Counted from the first letter of the stretch, positions 22,154 to 35,099 are shown. The stretch is 64,000 nt of DNA from Chiloscyllium plagiosum (GCF_004010195.1 NC_057719.1:79935080-79999079); one strand, 5' to 3'. Notes: generated from the letters alone by a model not told the origin. Made by a program: numbers and translations.

Positions 22154-22875
22154 TAATGACCTTTGAGAAGATTTGTAACTCAGGTTGAGGTGCTATATGT
22201 AGGTTTGCTCACTGAGCTGGAAGGTTTGGTTTCGGACGTTTTGTCACCATTCCAGGTAACATCTTCAGTGAGCCTCCGGTGAAGCCTCCTCTACATCAAA
22301 GACATCTTGGAAATGACTGCCAGACTACTCAGGCCTCTTGGCACCATGATAACCACAAACACACTAAAACAGTAGCTAAGGAACTTGAAAGACCTGATAC
22401 AGACAACAAGCAAAATGAATGTAATTTACAACATATCTTGCAAGAGCTGTAGCAAACACTACATTGGACAAACAGGCAGAAAAGTAGCCACCAGGATACA
22501 TGAACATCAATTAGCCACAAAACGACATGACCCTTACTCACTAGTATCCTTACATACAGGTGAGGAAGGACACCACTTTGGCTGGGACAACACATCCATC
22601 CTAAGACAAGCCAAACAGAGACATGCACGAGAATTTCTAGAAGCATGACATCCCAACCAGAACGCTATCAACAAACTATCTATTTGGACCCCATCTACCA
22701 CCCTCTGAAAAAAAGAACAGGAATTGACATCACCAACACAGGAAACCTAGACACATAAATAGAAAGGGGGACATAACACCAGCGCTTCACTGGAGGTTCA
22801 CTGATGATGTTACCTAGTTTGGTGATGAAACGTCTGAGAACAAATCTACCAGCTCAGCGAGCAACCTTACATCCA
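22154..22875 (+). mobile_element. 5'-truncated Penelope/Poseidon-type PLE with GIY-YIG domain, inverted 5' pLTR and 3' pLTR
   Basis: NVIYNISCKSCSKHYIGQTGRKVATRIHEHQLATKRHD...HHFGWDNTSILRQAKQRHAREFLEA; inverted pLTR 22165-22285; TSD CAACATCTCTGT at 22142-22153 and 22876-22887. Confidence 0.9.
22801..22834 (+). ncRNA. Minimal hammerhead ribozyme motif in PLE pLTR
   Basis: CUGAUGA-U-GUUACC UAGUUU GGUGAU-GAAAC-GUC. Confidence 0.75.
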
Positions 22876-23379
22876 CAACATCTCTGTCTCAAGCTGGCTA
22901 CAATACTCTACTGAAGCTCAATGCAAAATGGAAGAACAGTATCTCATTTTCTGCTCGAGGACCCTGCAGTCTTCCAGATTTACTATCAAGTTCAATAATT
23001 GTAGGGCCACCTTCTCCTATGTCCTGCCCCCAACCCCCACACACCAGACCTTGTCATCACAAGGTCTGCTACCACAAACAATCCATTGCGAGCCATGAAT
23101 GGGCCCCCTTAGCAGCTATGGATTCTCCCAGGCTGACCTTTACCCATTCCTTTGTCTGTCCAACTGTTTTTCTCTCTTCCTGGACTCCATCTCCACCTAT
23201 CGTTTACTCCTTACCCCTTCCCTCACTCCATCTCCAGCATGTATACTCTCGTTTACCAGGATACTATCACTTCTGAAGAAGGGTCACTCGATCCAAAATG
23301 TTAACCCTGATTTCTCTCCACAGTTGCTGCCAGACCTGTTGAACTTTTCCATCAATTTCTGTTGTTGTTTGTGTACAGT

Positions 23380-23800
23380 ATTCCAGGTTTTACCAATAAC
23401 AATACAGAACACAGGAGCAGGGAAGTGATGCTGAACTTATGTAAGACGCTGTTAGACCATAGTTGGAGTATTACATACAGTCCAGGGTGCCACAATTTAG
23501 GAAGGCATTAAAAGAGTGCAAAAGAATTTGATAAGAATAGTTCCAGCAATGAAACTTCAGCGACGAGGATAAATTGGAGAGGAGCAGGCTCAGAGGACAT
23601 CTGATTGAAGTTTTTAACTCATCATGGGGCTAGAGAGAGTGGATACAGGGAAAGTATTCCCACTCATGAACCAGCAGCCGCAAATTTAGGGTAATTTGCT
23701 AACGAAGCAAATGTGATTTGAGAGAAAATGTTTTCATACAGCGAGTGGTAATAAGGGTCTGGAGGCAGGTTCAATTGAGTCATTCGAGGGGGCATTTAAA
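23380..23800 (+). mobile_element. Degenerate CR1 3' fragment
   Basis: LNLCKTL.RP.LEY-type motif and RLRGHLIEVF. Confidence 0.65.
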
Positions 23801-24084
23801 AGAAACTATATTCAGGTTTATTGGGAAAAGGCAGAATGCTTATTCAGAGAGCCGATATAGATACCATGCACTGAACAATGCAGATACAATGTACAGATTC
23901 AAGATGGCAGTACCAAGATTCGGGCTCCTGGGCCCTTCTGCTCCAGGTGTCCACTTCCTCCCTTTCTTCCTTTACCCTTTTTGTCCTTCTTTTTCTTTTT
24001 CGTTTTTCCTTGTCTTCTTCCTGGTGGTGGTAGAGAAAGTGACATCGCCAAGGGGAACAGCTGTAGTGAGATTATTGGCTAAAT

Positions 24085-24470
24085 GGCAACCTAGCCTGGC
24101 ATTGGAGCCAGGGACCCCTGGTTGTGGTAGGCCCGGAGTAGGGATGCCTCGTTGTAGTAGGCCTAGAGATGGGATGCCTGGTTGCAGTAGGCCAGAGCAG
24201 GGACCCCTGGTTGCAGTAGGCCAGAGCAGGGACTCCTGGTTGCAATAGGCCAGAGCAGGGACTCCTGGTTGCAGTAGACCCAGAATAGGGATGCCTGGTT
24301 GCAATAGGCCTGAAGTAGGGATGCCTAGTTGCATAGACCCAGAGTAGGGATGCCTGGTTGGATAGGCCCGAAGTAGGGATGCCTCGTTGCATTAGGCGGG
24401 AGCAGGGATGCCTGGTTGTGGTAGGCCCAGAACAGGGATGCCTGGTTGCTGTAGGCCCGAAGTAGGGATT
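24085..24470 (+). repeat. ~30-bp minisatellite (~13 units), GGGATGCCTGGTTGCAGTAGGCCCGAAGTA
   Basis: Read directly; preceded by an AAGATGGC head (23901) and a pyrimidine tract. Confidence 0.9.
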
Positions 24471-24474
24471 GTGT

Positions 24475-24955
24475 TACAGAATGGATTTGTCGAGTGTTGC
24501 AGCAGGAGATCAAGATCACTCAGATACTGCCAAAAGATCTCAACATATCATGACCAAATTCATGCGATCCATCATCACACAGTGCCACGAGTACCCTGCA
24601 TCTCACAAAGGAAACATGAACAAAGTGTCTGTGAACTTCAATGTACCCAACATTTGAAGTATGGAGTGAAAGGGTACAAAGTAAGCTCGAAGTAAAAACC
24701 ACAGAAGAAGACAGGATTCACTGTGCCACTCACCTGCTTGGTTGATGGAATAAAATTCAAGCTTCTGATAATGTTCAGACATTAAAACCATGTGGAAAAT
24801 CAAGTTTCCTGCAAAATGTTTTGCGCACATCCATGGCAACAGTTGGAAGGACAAGGAAGCTGTGAACCGATAATGTATTGAGTAGATGCCCTGGTGGCTT
24901 TCATAAAGGATATAGCTGTTTAGTATGGAACATGTTCTGATCCCATATAACCTTA
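24475..24955 (+). mobile_element. pogo-like (Tc1/mariner, DDE_1) transposase fossil
   Basis: EYPASHKGNMNKVSVNFNVP...TGFTVPLTCLVDGIKFKLLIMF...SWKDKEAVK...SRCPGGFHKGYSCLVWNMF*SHIT, collinear with recalled pogo/POGK motifs IGNMDETP, RFTVVL.C.ADGTKL, GWMD, LLVWD.F.SH. Confidence 0.8.
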
Positions 24956-26129
24956 GAGAAAGAAAGCCATCCAGGAAACAATAATATCCACATAACTGCT
25001 GGACAAGGGGGCCTGATGTACACAGTCCAAATCTGATCCAGAGTAGGATGCTGCAAGTGAGTTGGAATATAACATAAAACATCTGAGCAGAAATTAAGCC
25101 ATTCAGCCCATCGAGTCAGCTCTGCCATTCAATCATGGGCGATAAGGTTGGAATACGTAAGGCAATGAATTTGACGTTTTTAAAAATGTTGTGGTAGTGA
25201 TTCAAATTATTTATGTAGGTTTATTTCTCCAAATGAAATGGAACATTGGTTTTGTTTGATTTACTGGCATTATGTTTTTTTCACATTCCAAAATGGAAGC
25301 CACTCACACTGCCACTGGCTGGAAAAACCTTTTACTTGTTCTTCGGAGGACTTTCCGAAGCTCCTAAAGATTCCACTTTTTTACAGATCGCTTTCTAGTG
25401 TAAATAGATTTCACCTGACGGCAGGGATCGACTCAGTTTGGATGCATCCTGAGGCACAACAGTCCAACAACCTAACATAAAGATTGGATATGGTGTTAGG
25501 GGACAAGTGGTGTTCATGGAACTGCAGCCCATTGTGAGCCTGTCACCCTTAGGCCATGAAGGGATGGCCTGGGCTGTAAGGTCAGATGGTGGGGTCAGAG
25601 ATTCATGCTTCTGTCTGAAGAGGAAAGTACACTCAGGTTACTCTGTATCAGAGACAGGCAGTTCAGATCCTGCTCGTGATCTCCTTCGTAATGCTAACCC
25701 GTGCCCCGACTGAAACTCGACTCAACACTCCTGCGAAGCTATCTGTGACCTCTGTCAAGGTTTGATTTCATTCTCTTGACCTGGCTGTCTGCTGTTGAGA
25801 AAATCTTTAATTTTGCACTGATTAAAAATTTACATTCTATGACTTCAGTTCTTTGCTGCTCCGAGCTGTTTGTCACGTCTGCTGTCATCCCAGACGCTAG
25901 GATTCTTGTGCTGTCATCCTGCTCAAGCGGAATATTTCCCTCGGCTGAACTAGAGAAGCAGATAATTCCAACTGGCCGCCCCATTATAGGGATATTCAGT
26001 CACACAGCCCACTGACACTCCATACTGACATCCATGCATAGACAGTACCTAACAATTGGCACTTATACAGAGCTGTTACAACACCCAAGGTCTTTCCAGA
26101 GATTGCAATTATAAAGACCTTTTTTTGAT

Positions 26130-26440
26130 TCATTCATGGGATGTGGGCATCATGGGCTAGGCATTGTTCAGTGCCTGTTCATTGCCCAGAGGGCATTTGA
26201 GAATCAATCACATTGCTGTGGGTCTGGAGCCAAGTAGGATGGCAGATTTTCTTCCCTGAAGGGTATTAGTGAACCAGATGAGTTTTTAGAACAATGGTCA
26301 TCAGTAGATTCTTAATTCTAGACATTCTTTTTTTATTGAATTCAAATTCCACCATGTGCTGTGGTGGGATTTGAACTCAGTTGCCCAGCACATTTGCTCT
26401 AGATTAATAGTTTAGTGATAATACCACCATGCCATTGCCT
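26130..26440 (-). mobile_element. tRNA-derived SINE (third family; also 31250-31540 +, 41280-41610 -, 42950-43215 -, 56370-56590 -)
   Basis: Shared core TTCACTAATGTCCTTTAGGGAAGGAAA.CTGCC...TGACTCCAGA..CACAGCAATGTGGTTGACTCT; tail resembles the LINE 3' end at 43690-43750. Confidence 0.7.
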
Positions 26441-27429
26441 ACTACCTTGCTCATTTAAAATACCAAAGGGGCAAATTCTTAAAGAGAAGTGAGGGGGCAA
26501 ATTCCAGAGCTTAAGAGAACAGACAGCCATAGCAACAGCATCGATGGTTGGGTGAAGGGTGTGCACGAGGCCAAATTGGAGGAACACAGTGATCACTGGA
26601 AGAGGCAGACAGAGAGAGCTGTTATCATGATAGGATTTGAACATGAAGATCAAAGTTCATGAAGACTGGAAGTCCATTCAGGGTCAACATGAATGGAACT
26701 TTGACACACGCGCCATTCTGATAGCCCAATCTCCTCCCTTATGTAATCAATATGAATTCATTGAACACTCCTTTCTTTTCCTGATATATTTCTTCTGCAA
26801 TGGTTAGTTCTGCATTGATGATGGATGGACCCCAGAGAATTACAGAGTAATTTTTTTTTAATTCCAGCACGTGGTTCTTGAAAAGGGGGAACTGCTGCAG
26901 CCAAAACAAAGATTGCCAATGCAAACTCAGTGACTGCCTGAGCGGGGTGGGGGAGATTCCTATGTGAATCGTTGGAATGTCACCTCTGCAGTAAGGAAAA
27001 CCTCATATAGAAAGAGTAACCACAAAGAGGTAAGGTGAAGCTGACTACCACCATCCTCCTTGCACCAAAAGAAAAACAGGAAGCCATATTCATCTCTACC
27101 CTTCCAGGGCTATGCAAAGTAGGGGATACAAGTCAACTGCAACCCCTGGTCTGCATATGTTAGTGGACTGATGTATTAATATATGGATTAGTGTGTTGTA
27201 AAGGTCACATTTTGAATGCAACCATTATGCACCCCTGCACTGTAGGCAGTGTAGAAATATGCAATGTTGCTCTGAGTGCTGTTAGCTAGGCACTGTTAAA
27301 AAGAACGAGGACAAAAGAATTTCAGTCAACCAGCAAAACTAAGAACCTCGAAATTGAATGCTCAACCACCAATGTGAACAATACCAGTCACATCCACTGC
27401 AATGTTGTACAATCTACTGTTCATGAATG

Positions 27430-27835
27430 AGTCATTGAGTCATACAGCACAGAAGCAGACCTTTCAGTCCAACTAGTCCACATCGGCCATAATCCCAAAC
27501 TAAACTAGGATAGTGAACAAGGCGTTTGCTACCTGCCTCCACCTGGCACATGCCCCTCCAAACAATTCTTGGACATGTACTTATCTAAATGTCTTTTAAA
27601 TGTTGTAATTGTACCCACATCCACCACTTCCTTTGGAAATTCATTCCACACACGAACTATTCTCTGTGTAAAACAGTTGCCCCTCATGTCATTTTTAAAT
27701 CTTTCTCCTGAACAACATGCCCCCTAGTCTTGAAGTTCCCCAACCCTAGGGAAAAGACACTTGCCATTCAACTTATCTATACCCCTCATGATTTTAGAAA
27801 CCTCCATATAGTCACCTCTCAACCTTCTACACTCC
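27430..27835 (-). mobile_element. CR1 3' end
   Basis: Homologous to 45119-45560. Confidence 0.85.
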
Positions 27836-28169
27836 ATTTATTTTTTTTTACTTGCTTCTTATTCCTAATCCATGCATATTTGTGTTGCGTTATTATTTGT
27901 TTTCTCATGATTAATAAAAATTAAGCTCATTATTTTGTTAGCGCAAGAAAGCCTGGTAAAATTGGTTCCTTTTAAACATAAGTTCATGAGAGAAAGGAAT
28001 CGGCAAAGGGAAGGCACCCTTTTCAAATTAACTTTGTTGTGACCAACCAAGAGGGGGGTAAGTAGAGAAGGGGAAGCCAGTTCATTCCTTCTTATCTCGG
28101 AGTTTAATGATCTAAGTTGTCCATCAAGAACCAGAATAAACTGGTGAGCCTCACCTATAGACTGGTGAA

Positions 28170-28878
28170 CAAAGAGATCTTGGAGTGCAGGTTCATAGCT
28201 CATTGAAAGTGGAGTCGCAGGGAGATAGGATAGTGAACAAGGCGTTTGGTATACTTTCCTTTATTGGTCAGAGTATTGAGTACAGGAGTTGGGAGGTCAT
28301 GTTGCGTTGTACAGAACATTGGTTCGGCCACTGTTGGAATATTGCTTGCAATTCTGGTCTCCTTCCTATCGGAAAGATATTGTGAAACTTGAAAGGGTTC
28401 AGAAAAGATTTACAAGGATGTTGCCAGAGTTGGAGGATTTGAGCTATAGGGAGAGGTTGAACAGGCTGGGGCTGTTTTCCCTGGAGCATCGGAGGCTTGA
28501 GGGGTGACCTTATAGAGGTTTATAAAATCATGAGGGGCATGGATAGGATAAATAGACAAAGTCATTTCCTTGGTGTGGGGGAGTTCAGAATTAGAGGGCT
28601 TAGGTTTAAGGTGAGAGGGGAAAGATATTAAAGAGACCTAAGGGGCAACCTTTTCGCTCAGAAGGTGGTACATGTATGGAATGAGCTACCAGAGGCAGTG
28701 GTGGAGGCTGATACAATTGCAACATTTAAAAGTTATCTGGATGGGTATATGAATAGGAAGGGTTTGGAGGGATATGGGCCGGGTGCTGGCAGGTGGGACT
28801 AGATTGGGTTGGGATTTCTGGTTTTCATGGATGTGTTGGACCGAAGGGTATGTTTCCGTGCTGTACGTCTCTATGACT
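28170..28878 (+). mobile_element. CR1 3' end
   Basis: LYRTLVRPLLEYCLQFWSPSYRKDIVKLERVQKRFTRMLP; 3'UTR ending TCTCTATGACT. Confidence 0.92.
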
Positions 28879-29340
28879 GGTCATAAAATTCATCACGTAG
28901 CCTGTGTCACCTTTTCCTGTGCACTAGTGAGAGGAAGTCCAAGAGTTCAGAACCTGCAATAATAAATAGCTATCAATTCATTGTGAGTCACGAAATTGAT
29001 TGAAAATCTACCCTGGATCATTTCAAGGCACTGAATGGTTTCTGAGTTGAGAAGGAAGGCAATTCAAAACAATTGTGTTTGAAGTTTCTGACTTGCTGAA
29101 ATTTTACCGCTCTGGTTTCCTAGGTAGCATTCTACACCTGAGTGAGAGATGGGTGAGCTCACATCTCAGTCCAAACACTTGAGTACAAACTCTGTTCTGG
29201 CTAGCCTTGCTCCCTGAGTACTTCACTGGGTGCACAGGGCCAGGGGAGTTCTGTACTTTGTATGAAACATTAACCAAAGATAACAATGACCGCTCAGGAG
29301 GAAATCTAAGATCCTACAGAGCTGCACTGAAGAAGGTAAA

Positions 29341-29993
29341 TTTGCCTTTATTGATCAGAGCATTGAGTATACGAGTTGGGAGGTCATGTTGTGGCTGTGC
29401 AGGACATTGGTTAGTCCACTTTTGGAATATTGTGTTCACTTCTGGTCTCCCTGCTATAGGAGAAATGTTGTAAAACTTGAAATGGCACAGAAAAGATTTA
29501 CAAGGATTTGCTGGGATTGAAGGGTTTGAGCTATAGGGACAGGCGAAAAGGCTGGGGCTATTTTCCCCTGGGTGATCTTATCGAGGTTTATAAAATCATG
29601 AGGGGCATGGATAGGATGAATAGCAAAGCTCTTTCCTCCAGTGTAGGGGAGTCCAGAACTAGAGGGCATAGTTTAAGGTGAGGGGAAACATTTTAAAGGT
29701 ATGTAAGGGGCATTTTTTGTGAGGGGAAACATTTTAAAGGTATGTAAGGGGCATTTTTTTTCATGCAGAGGGTAGTGCGTGTATGGAATGAGCTGCCAGA
29801 GGAAGTGGTGGAGGCTGGTACAATTAAAACATTTAAAAGGCATCTGGATAGGTATATGAATAGGAAGGGTTTAGAGAGATATGGGCCATATGCTAGCAAT
29901 TGGGACAAAGTTAATTTAGTAAACCTGGTTGGCATCAACGAGTTGGACCAAAGGGTCTGTTTCTGTGCAGTACATCTCTATGACTCCATGACT
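29341..29993 (+). mobile_element. CR1 3' end containing a 41-bp tandem duplication
   Basis: MQRVVRVWNELPEEVVEAGTIKTFKRHLDRYMNRKG; duplicate at 29678-29718 and 29719-29759. Confidence 0.9.
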
Positions 29994-30222
29994 CCGAGAG
30001 GAGTGGAGCTTTCCCTGCCGCCTTGCCCAGTATTTATCACTCAGCCAATGATCTCCAGAATAGATGATCCAGCCATTATCACATTGCTGTTACTGTGATC
30101 CCCCTGGTGAACAAAATGGCTGCCCCTCCTCCTGTTTTGCAGCAGTGACCTCAGAACAAGGCAATTTCCTGGAAAGCCTTTTGAAGCGCCCTGAGACTAC
30201 AAACGGCAGTATATAAATGCAG

Positions 30223-31137
30223 AGTCGAGAGTGTGGTGCTGGAAGAGCTCAGCGGGTCAGACAGCATCCGAGGAGCAGGAGAATCGACGTTTCAGTCAAA
30301 AGCCCTTCATCAGGAATGAGGCTGGGAGCCGAGGGAGTGGAGAGATAAATGAGGGCAGAGGTGCGGGAAGTGGATGAGATACTCTGGAGGGCATCATCGG
30401 CTACCTGGGAGGGGAAATTGTGGTTTTTGAAGAAGGAGGCCATCTGGTGTGTTCACTGGTGGAACTGGTCCTCCTGGGAGCAGATACGGCAGAGGCAGAG
30501 GAATTAGGAATAAGGGATAATGTTTTTACAGAAGGCAGGGTGGGTGGAGGTGTAGTCCAGGTAGCTGTGGGAGTCGATGGGTTTGTTGAGAAGATGTCCA
30601 TGTTGAGTTGCTCACTGATGATGGAGATGGAAAGGTCCAGGAAGGGTAGGAGGTGTCCAAGATGGTCCAGCTGAACCTAAGGCCGGACACCTAAAATACC
30701 CGATGCCTGGAGGAAGAACGCCTCATCTTCCACCTTGGGACCCTCCAACCCCAGGGCATCAATATGGATTTCGCCAGTTTCCTCATTTCCCCTCCTCACG
30801 TCTATCCCAGTTCCAACCTCCCAACTCGGCACCGTCCTCATGACCTGTCCTACCTGTCCATCTTTCTTCCCACCTATCCGCTCCACCCTCCTCTCCAACC
30901 TATCACCATTACCTCCCTCTTCATCCACCTATCATACTCTCAGCTACCTTCCCCCCATCCCCACCCTGCTCTCATTTATCTCTCCATCCCCTCGGCTCAC
31001 AAGCCTCATTCTTGATGAAGAGCTTTTGCCCAAAACATTGATTTTCCTGCTCCTCAGATGTTGCCTGACCTGCTGTTCTTTTCCAGCACCACACTCTTGT
31101 CTCTGATCTCCAGCATCTGCAGTCCTCACTTTCTCCT
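30223..31137. mobile_element. Rearranged PLE: inverted pLTR + inverted RT fragment, then plus-strand 3' end/pLTR
   Basis: Minus strand HSYLDYTSTHPAFCKNIIPYSQ-like thumb motif and MASFFKNHNFPSQVADDAL; hammerhead-like cores at 30286-30313 (-) and ~31012-31040 (+); 15-bp TSD AGTATATAAATGCAG at 30208-30222 and 31138-31152. Confidence 0.88.
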
Positions 31138-32709
31138 AGTATATAAATGCAGGTTCTTTCTTTCTTTCCACATCTGACAGTGATTGATTGGAAAATTGGA
31201 CATGGAGCAGAGTTAGGTAGGACACGGGGAAGCGATATCATCATGCTACTATTGCTCGACTATTAATCTAGAGTCCCAAGTAATATTCTGGGGACCTGGT
31301 TCAAATCCCACCAAAGTAGATGGTGGAATTTGAAGTCAATAAGGAAATAAATCTGGGATCATAAGTCTAGTGGTGACCATTTGGAAAAATCCATTGATTC
31401 ATTAATGTCCTTTAGGGAAGGAAACTGCTACCCTTACCTGGTCTGGCCTCCATGCAACTCCAGAGACACAGCAATGTGGTTGACTCTTAGCTGCTCATTG
31501 GGCAATTAGGGATGGCCTGGCCTACATCCGTGAATAAGTGGAGTAAAAAAAAACATGCAGACCTGATCTGAAAATAGAGCCAAGGCCAATGAGGAGAGAA
31601 ATTAGGAATCACCTTTTCACATAAACTGTGGAAGAAGTGTGGAGCTGTTTCCCACAAAAAGCAATAGATGCAAACTCAATGGGTTTGTGTTGCAATGAGC
31701 CTTGTGACTCAGGGTTCTATACTGAACAATGGAGGATAGGCATTCTTTCTTCTTGTTGGCTGCGGCCTTTAATGGTTTATCCTTCCCCATGAATGATTGC
31801 TGCCTGACTAGAAAATTCCTGCAAACTCATACTATTCTGCATAATCCTGATCTCCGTAAGTACATCTTTCACTGTACAGTCTATTGTGTCCTTTCTTCAG
31901 AGTTTCTTGGACATCACTGCTACAACAGTTGTCACTGTTACATTCTCATTAACTACATCAGTTAGGAGTTTTAAATTTGAGACCAAAAGGGTTTTACCAG
32001 ACAGGGGTAATAGTGGAAAGTTATGAAGCTGAGCAGATTTTCAGAAGACTAGTATGTTTTGGGAGGATGGGGTTTTTGGGAGGATGTTGAGAAACAGAGA
32101 GAGAGAGTTGCACGTTACAGAAAAACAAATGTACATCAATCACAAGAGGTCCACAGAAAGTGAGAGAAGAAGAGAAGAGAAAAAAGAGAGGAAGAGAAAT
32201 TAAAAGGCCTGTGAAGGAAGTCAACAAGTGCCTTGGAGATGGGTAGAGTGATAAGCTTTTATGATGAACAAGACCCAGTTTTATTCTGTTTTCATCCATG
32301 AGCATCTCAACGGTTTAAACGGTTTTGTATTTGAGAAAAGGCACATTTTCAATATCCGATTTAAATTTTCTTTCTGCTGGTTACCATTCTTTATCCTACT
32401 CCCCTTACTTTGGTTTATCTATACTCTAGATATATAGCATTGAATATTTTATACCCCTCAACTAGGTCCTTCTTCAGTAACTTTCATTCCAGGCTGTAGA
32501 GCTAGAATGTGTCTCATTTTTGCTCACATTACATCTTCTCCTTTGCACTTGGCAGCAGTTACGTTTCCCTCTTGTGCACTCCAACACCAGAAAAAGGACA
32601 TAAACAGACAGAGCGCTTGTGTGACTGCAAAACGCATCAGCAGTTTGGGTGGGATACATGGTTGAAAATGTAGCACATATCCGTCTAATCGAGGAGGAGC
32701 AAATTACTA

Positions 32710-32825
32710 CAGATGCTAAAATCTGAACTGAAAACCACAAATGCTGGAGGTCACAGTGGGTCAGGCAGCATCCATGGAGAGAGAGCTAGCTAATGTTTTA
32801 AGTCTAGATGACTCTTCATCAGAGC
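32710..32825 (-). mobile_element. PLE pLTR fragment with decayed hammerhead
   Basis: Minus strand CTGATGAAGAGTCATCTAGACTTAAAAC...GGATGCTGCCTGACC. Confidence 0.65.
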
Positions 32826-35099
32826 ATTAGATTCATCATCTAATCGATATTGGGGCTGCAAAATTATGATGGTAGATTTCATAGACTGGGATTGTATTCC
32901 CTTCAGAATAGAGGATTAAGGAGAGATTTAACTGGTTTTAAGATAATTAAAGCAATTCAGAGAGATCAAGTGTGATGATTTTTTCAAATCAAAAATATAC
33001 TTTATTCGTACAATTTATAAAGTATGCTCGGTGATCGTATGAAGTTGACAGTACATAGTGTGCAAACATAATCATGTTTCTAATGTTGTATCTACTCAAT
33101 ACATTAGCACTTACAGTTGCTACTTACAATATTCATTCCACATACAAACATCCCTTTATTTTTCACTAGTTTCCAACCACTCACGTACCAATGACTGAAG
33201 GGACTTGACTGGTGAGTTTCCCCAAATGCCCTTTTGCCGCAGAATTTGCCAGATTCTCACCAAAATAAATTTATATTCTTCCCAAAAATCCATAAAACTT
33301 AAACAAAGTGCTTTACATGATTGTTCAAAGTTGATATTACCTGAACTGCAAAATATATCAGTATTTTCCAGTACTCTGTGTCACAACACTTAGCAGTCCA
33401 GTCAATACTTACAACAATCATTGCATGTCAGACTAGAAAGGGGTTTCATTCTCTCTGTCGGGCGAGTTCGGAAATTTAACATTAAAGCACCTCTTCACTC
33501 AAAGGGGAATGGGAATCTTCAACTCACCCTCCCCAACGAGCTGTCGAGGCTGGGGACCAATTGAAAATTTCGCAACAAAGTCTGATCAATTTTGATTAGA
33601 CCATGGTAGTGTAAAATACAGGGGTATAATACAGCCACAATCTATTTGAATGGCAGAAGAGGTATACTTCTGGTTTGAATAGGTTCACCAGAATCTTGAC
33701 TTTAAAATCTTTCCTTAACATTCAATCCCAGAATTATGGATGCCTCTAGCGAGGCTGTATTTACCACCCTTCAGAAGATGCTTCTTGATGGTCCTTCTTC
33801 TTGAACTGCCACTCTCCACGTGTGTTAAAGTCTCCTGCCATGCTGATACAGAGAGAGAGGTCCAGGATTTTGGCCCAAGGATTGTAGCCAAACCCTGATG
33901 GCATTTGATTTCAGAGGGATCATGACGTATTGAAATTCCTATGTACATCCCTTAGGTGGGGGCTTCTTTTTTGGGAGGTGCAAGTTGTTAACTTAGCCCC
34001 GGTAGAGTGGACTGGACACAAACTCAGATAGTGCAATGTGTAACAAGTCCTAAGTTCCCCCAATGGAACTGATTTTGTTTCGAGGGAAAAGTCCACACAT
34101 GCTTTGAATACGAGGTGGAGGGAGGGACTGAGGTGAGGAGCTGTGGATGATCTTGATAACCTCCACACAAGTTGAAAATTTGAGATAAGCTAGCTGTATA
34201 CTTTGTCAGCATTTGTGTGCAGCTCTGAAATGTAAGTAGCCTGTGTACTGCATGACCTAGGATCAAGTAATATGTCGTCCTGTAGGGCACTATAAGATCA
34301 TATAACCAGGGAGCTGATGACCTCTGCAACCAATTGAATCCATTTAGGATTCAAAGTCAAAATATGAGCTTCTCCTTAACTATTTAAGACATGTTGACAG
34401 TGATTAATGTGCAGTGCCTCTTGGATTATAGACCACAGAGTGACAGGGCACGGGTGAGTAGTAAAAGCATTCAATTAAAAATTAACCTCCTTGAGCCTTA
34501 TTTTGGGACTATCCTTGTTATAACGTGAGAAGGAGCCTTTTTGTTGGTTTCAGAACCTATAATATGGTTAATTATATTAGATTCCAGAACAACCAGTTTA
34601 ACACCATAAGGCACAGCATTTTGCAATATTTAAATACAATAGTGTTCAACATTAAGAAGAACTACCAGGAAATGTCACACTCAGGCATAGATTAAACTGC
34701 AAACATTATCCTGAGAAGCTGCTTATAAAGGGAGTGTGCAGGATGTTCTATACTGAGATGATATGTGAGGTGCTACTCAACATGTAGATGGTTCAAAGAG
34801 GGGTTTGGACCAGAAAAGATCTTGGGCTGTATGTCTGACAAGATTATACACTGTAAACATCAAGAGTGTTGCAACTGCATTGAGGCACCTCTGATTGCCG
34901 TATACTGCATGGAGGCAAGTTAAATGCGGAGTGCACTTTCCATACCATTCAACTTTAAATGTCTTTAGAATGTACTTTTACAAATTTCATGAATAAAGTA
35001 TATTTTCAGAAAGCGAATGACAGACTAAGAGGAGTAATGGCATTAGTGGGATTAGACAGCAGTGGTGATCGGCTTACTGGTGGTGGCCGTTACACTGTG

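Larger units (their letters stand above)
22085..23370 (+). mobile_element. Host PLE 3' end/pLTR, split by the insertion at 22154-22875
   Basis: HFNT...EAQCKMEEQYLIFCSRTLQS-type PLE C-terminus; decayed hammerhead CTGAAGAAGGGTCAC at ~23273. Confidence 0.65.
29120..31168 (+). mobile_element. Ancient DeuSINE (SacSINE1-like) split into three pieces: 29120-29337, 29995-30222, 31138-31168
   Basis: Deu-domain-like CATTATCACATTGCTGTT...AAATGGCTGCC and tail TATATAAATGCAGGTTCTTTCTT. Confidence 0.7.

Noticed and set aside
23718..24392. Collagen-like or proline/glycine-rich ORFs
   Set aside because: Translations of the 30-bp minisatellite; no sustained Gly-X-Y register
25320..25480. Two small minus-strand exon-like segments with AG/GT ends
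   Set aside because: Too short, no recognisable product, and such matches are expected by chance
32980..35010. Possible L1/Tx1 3' ends at ~32980-33200 (-) and ~34820-35010 (+)
   Set aside because: Only the shared GAATAAAGTATATTTT tail motif is visible; no coding evidence
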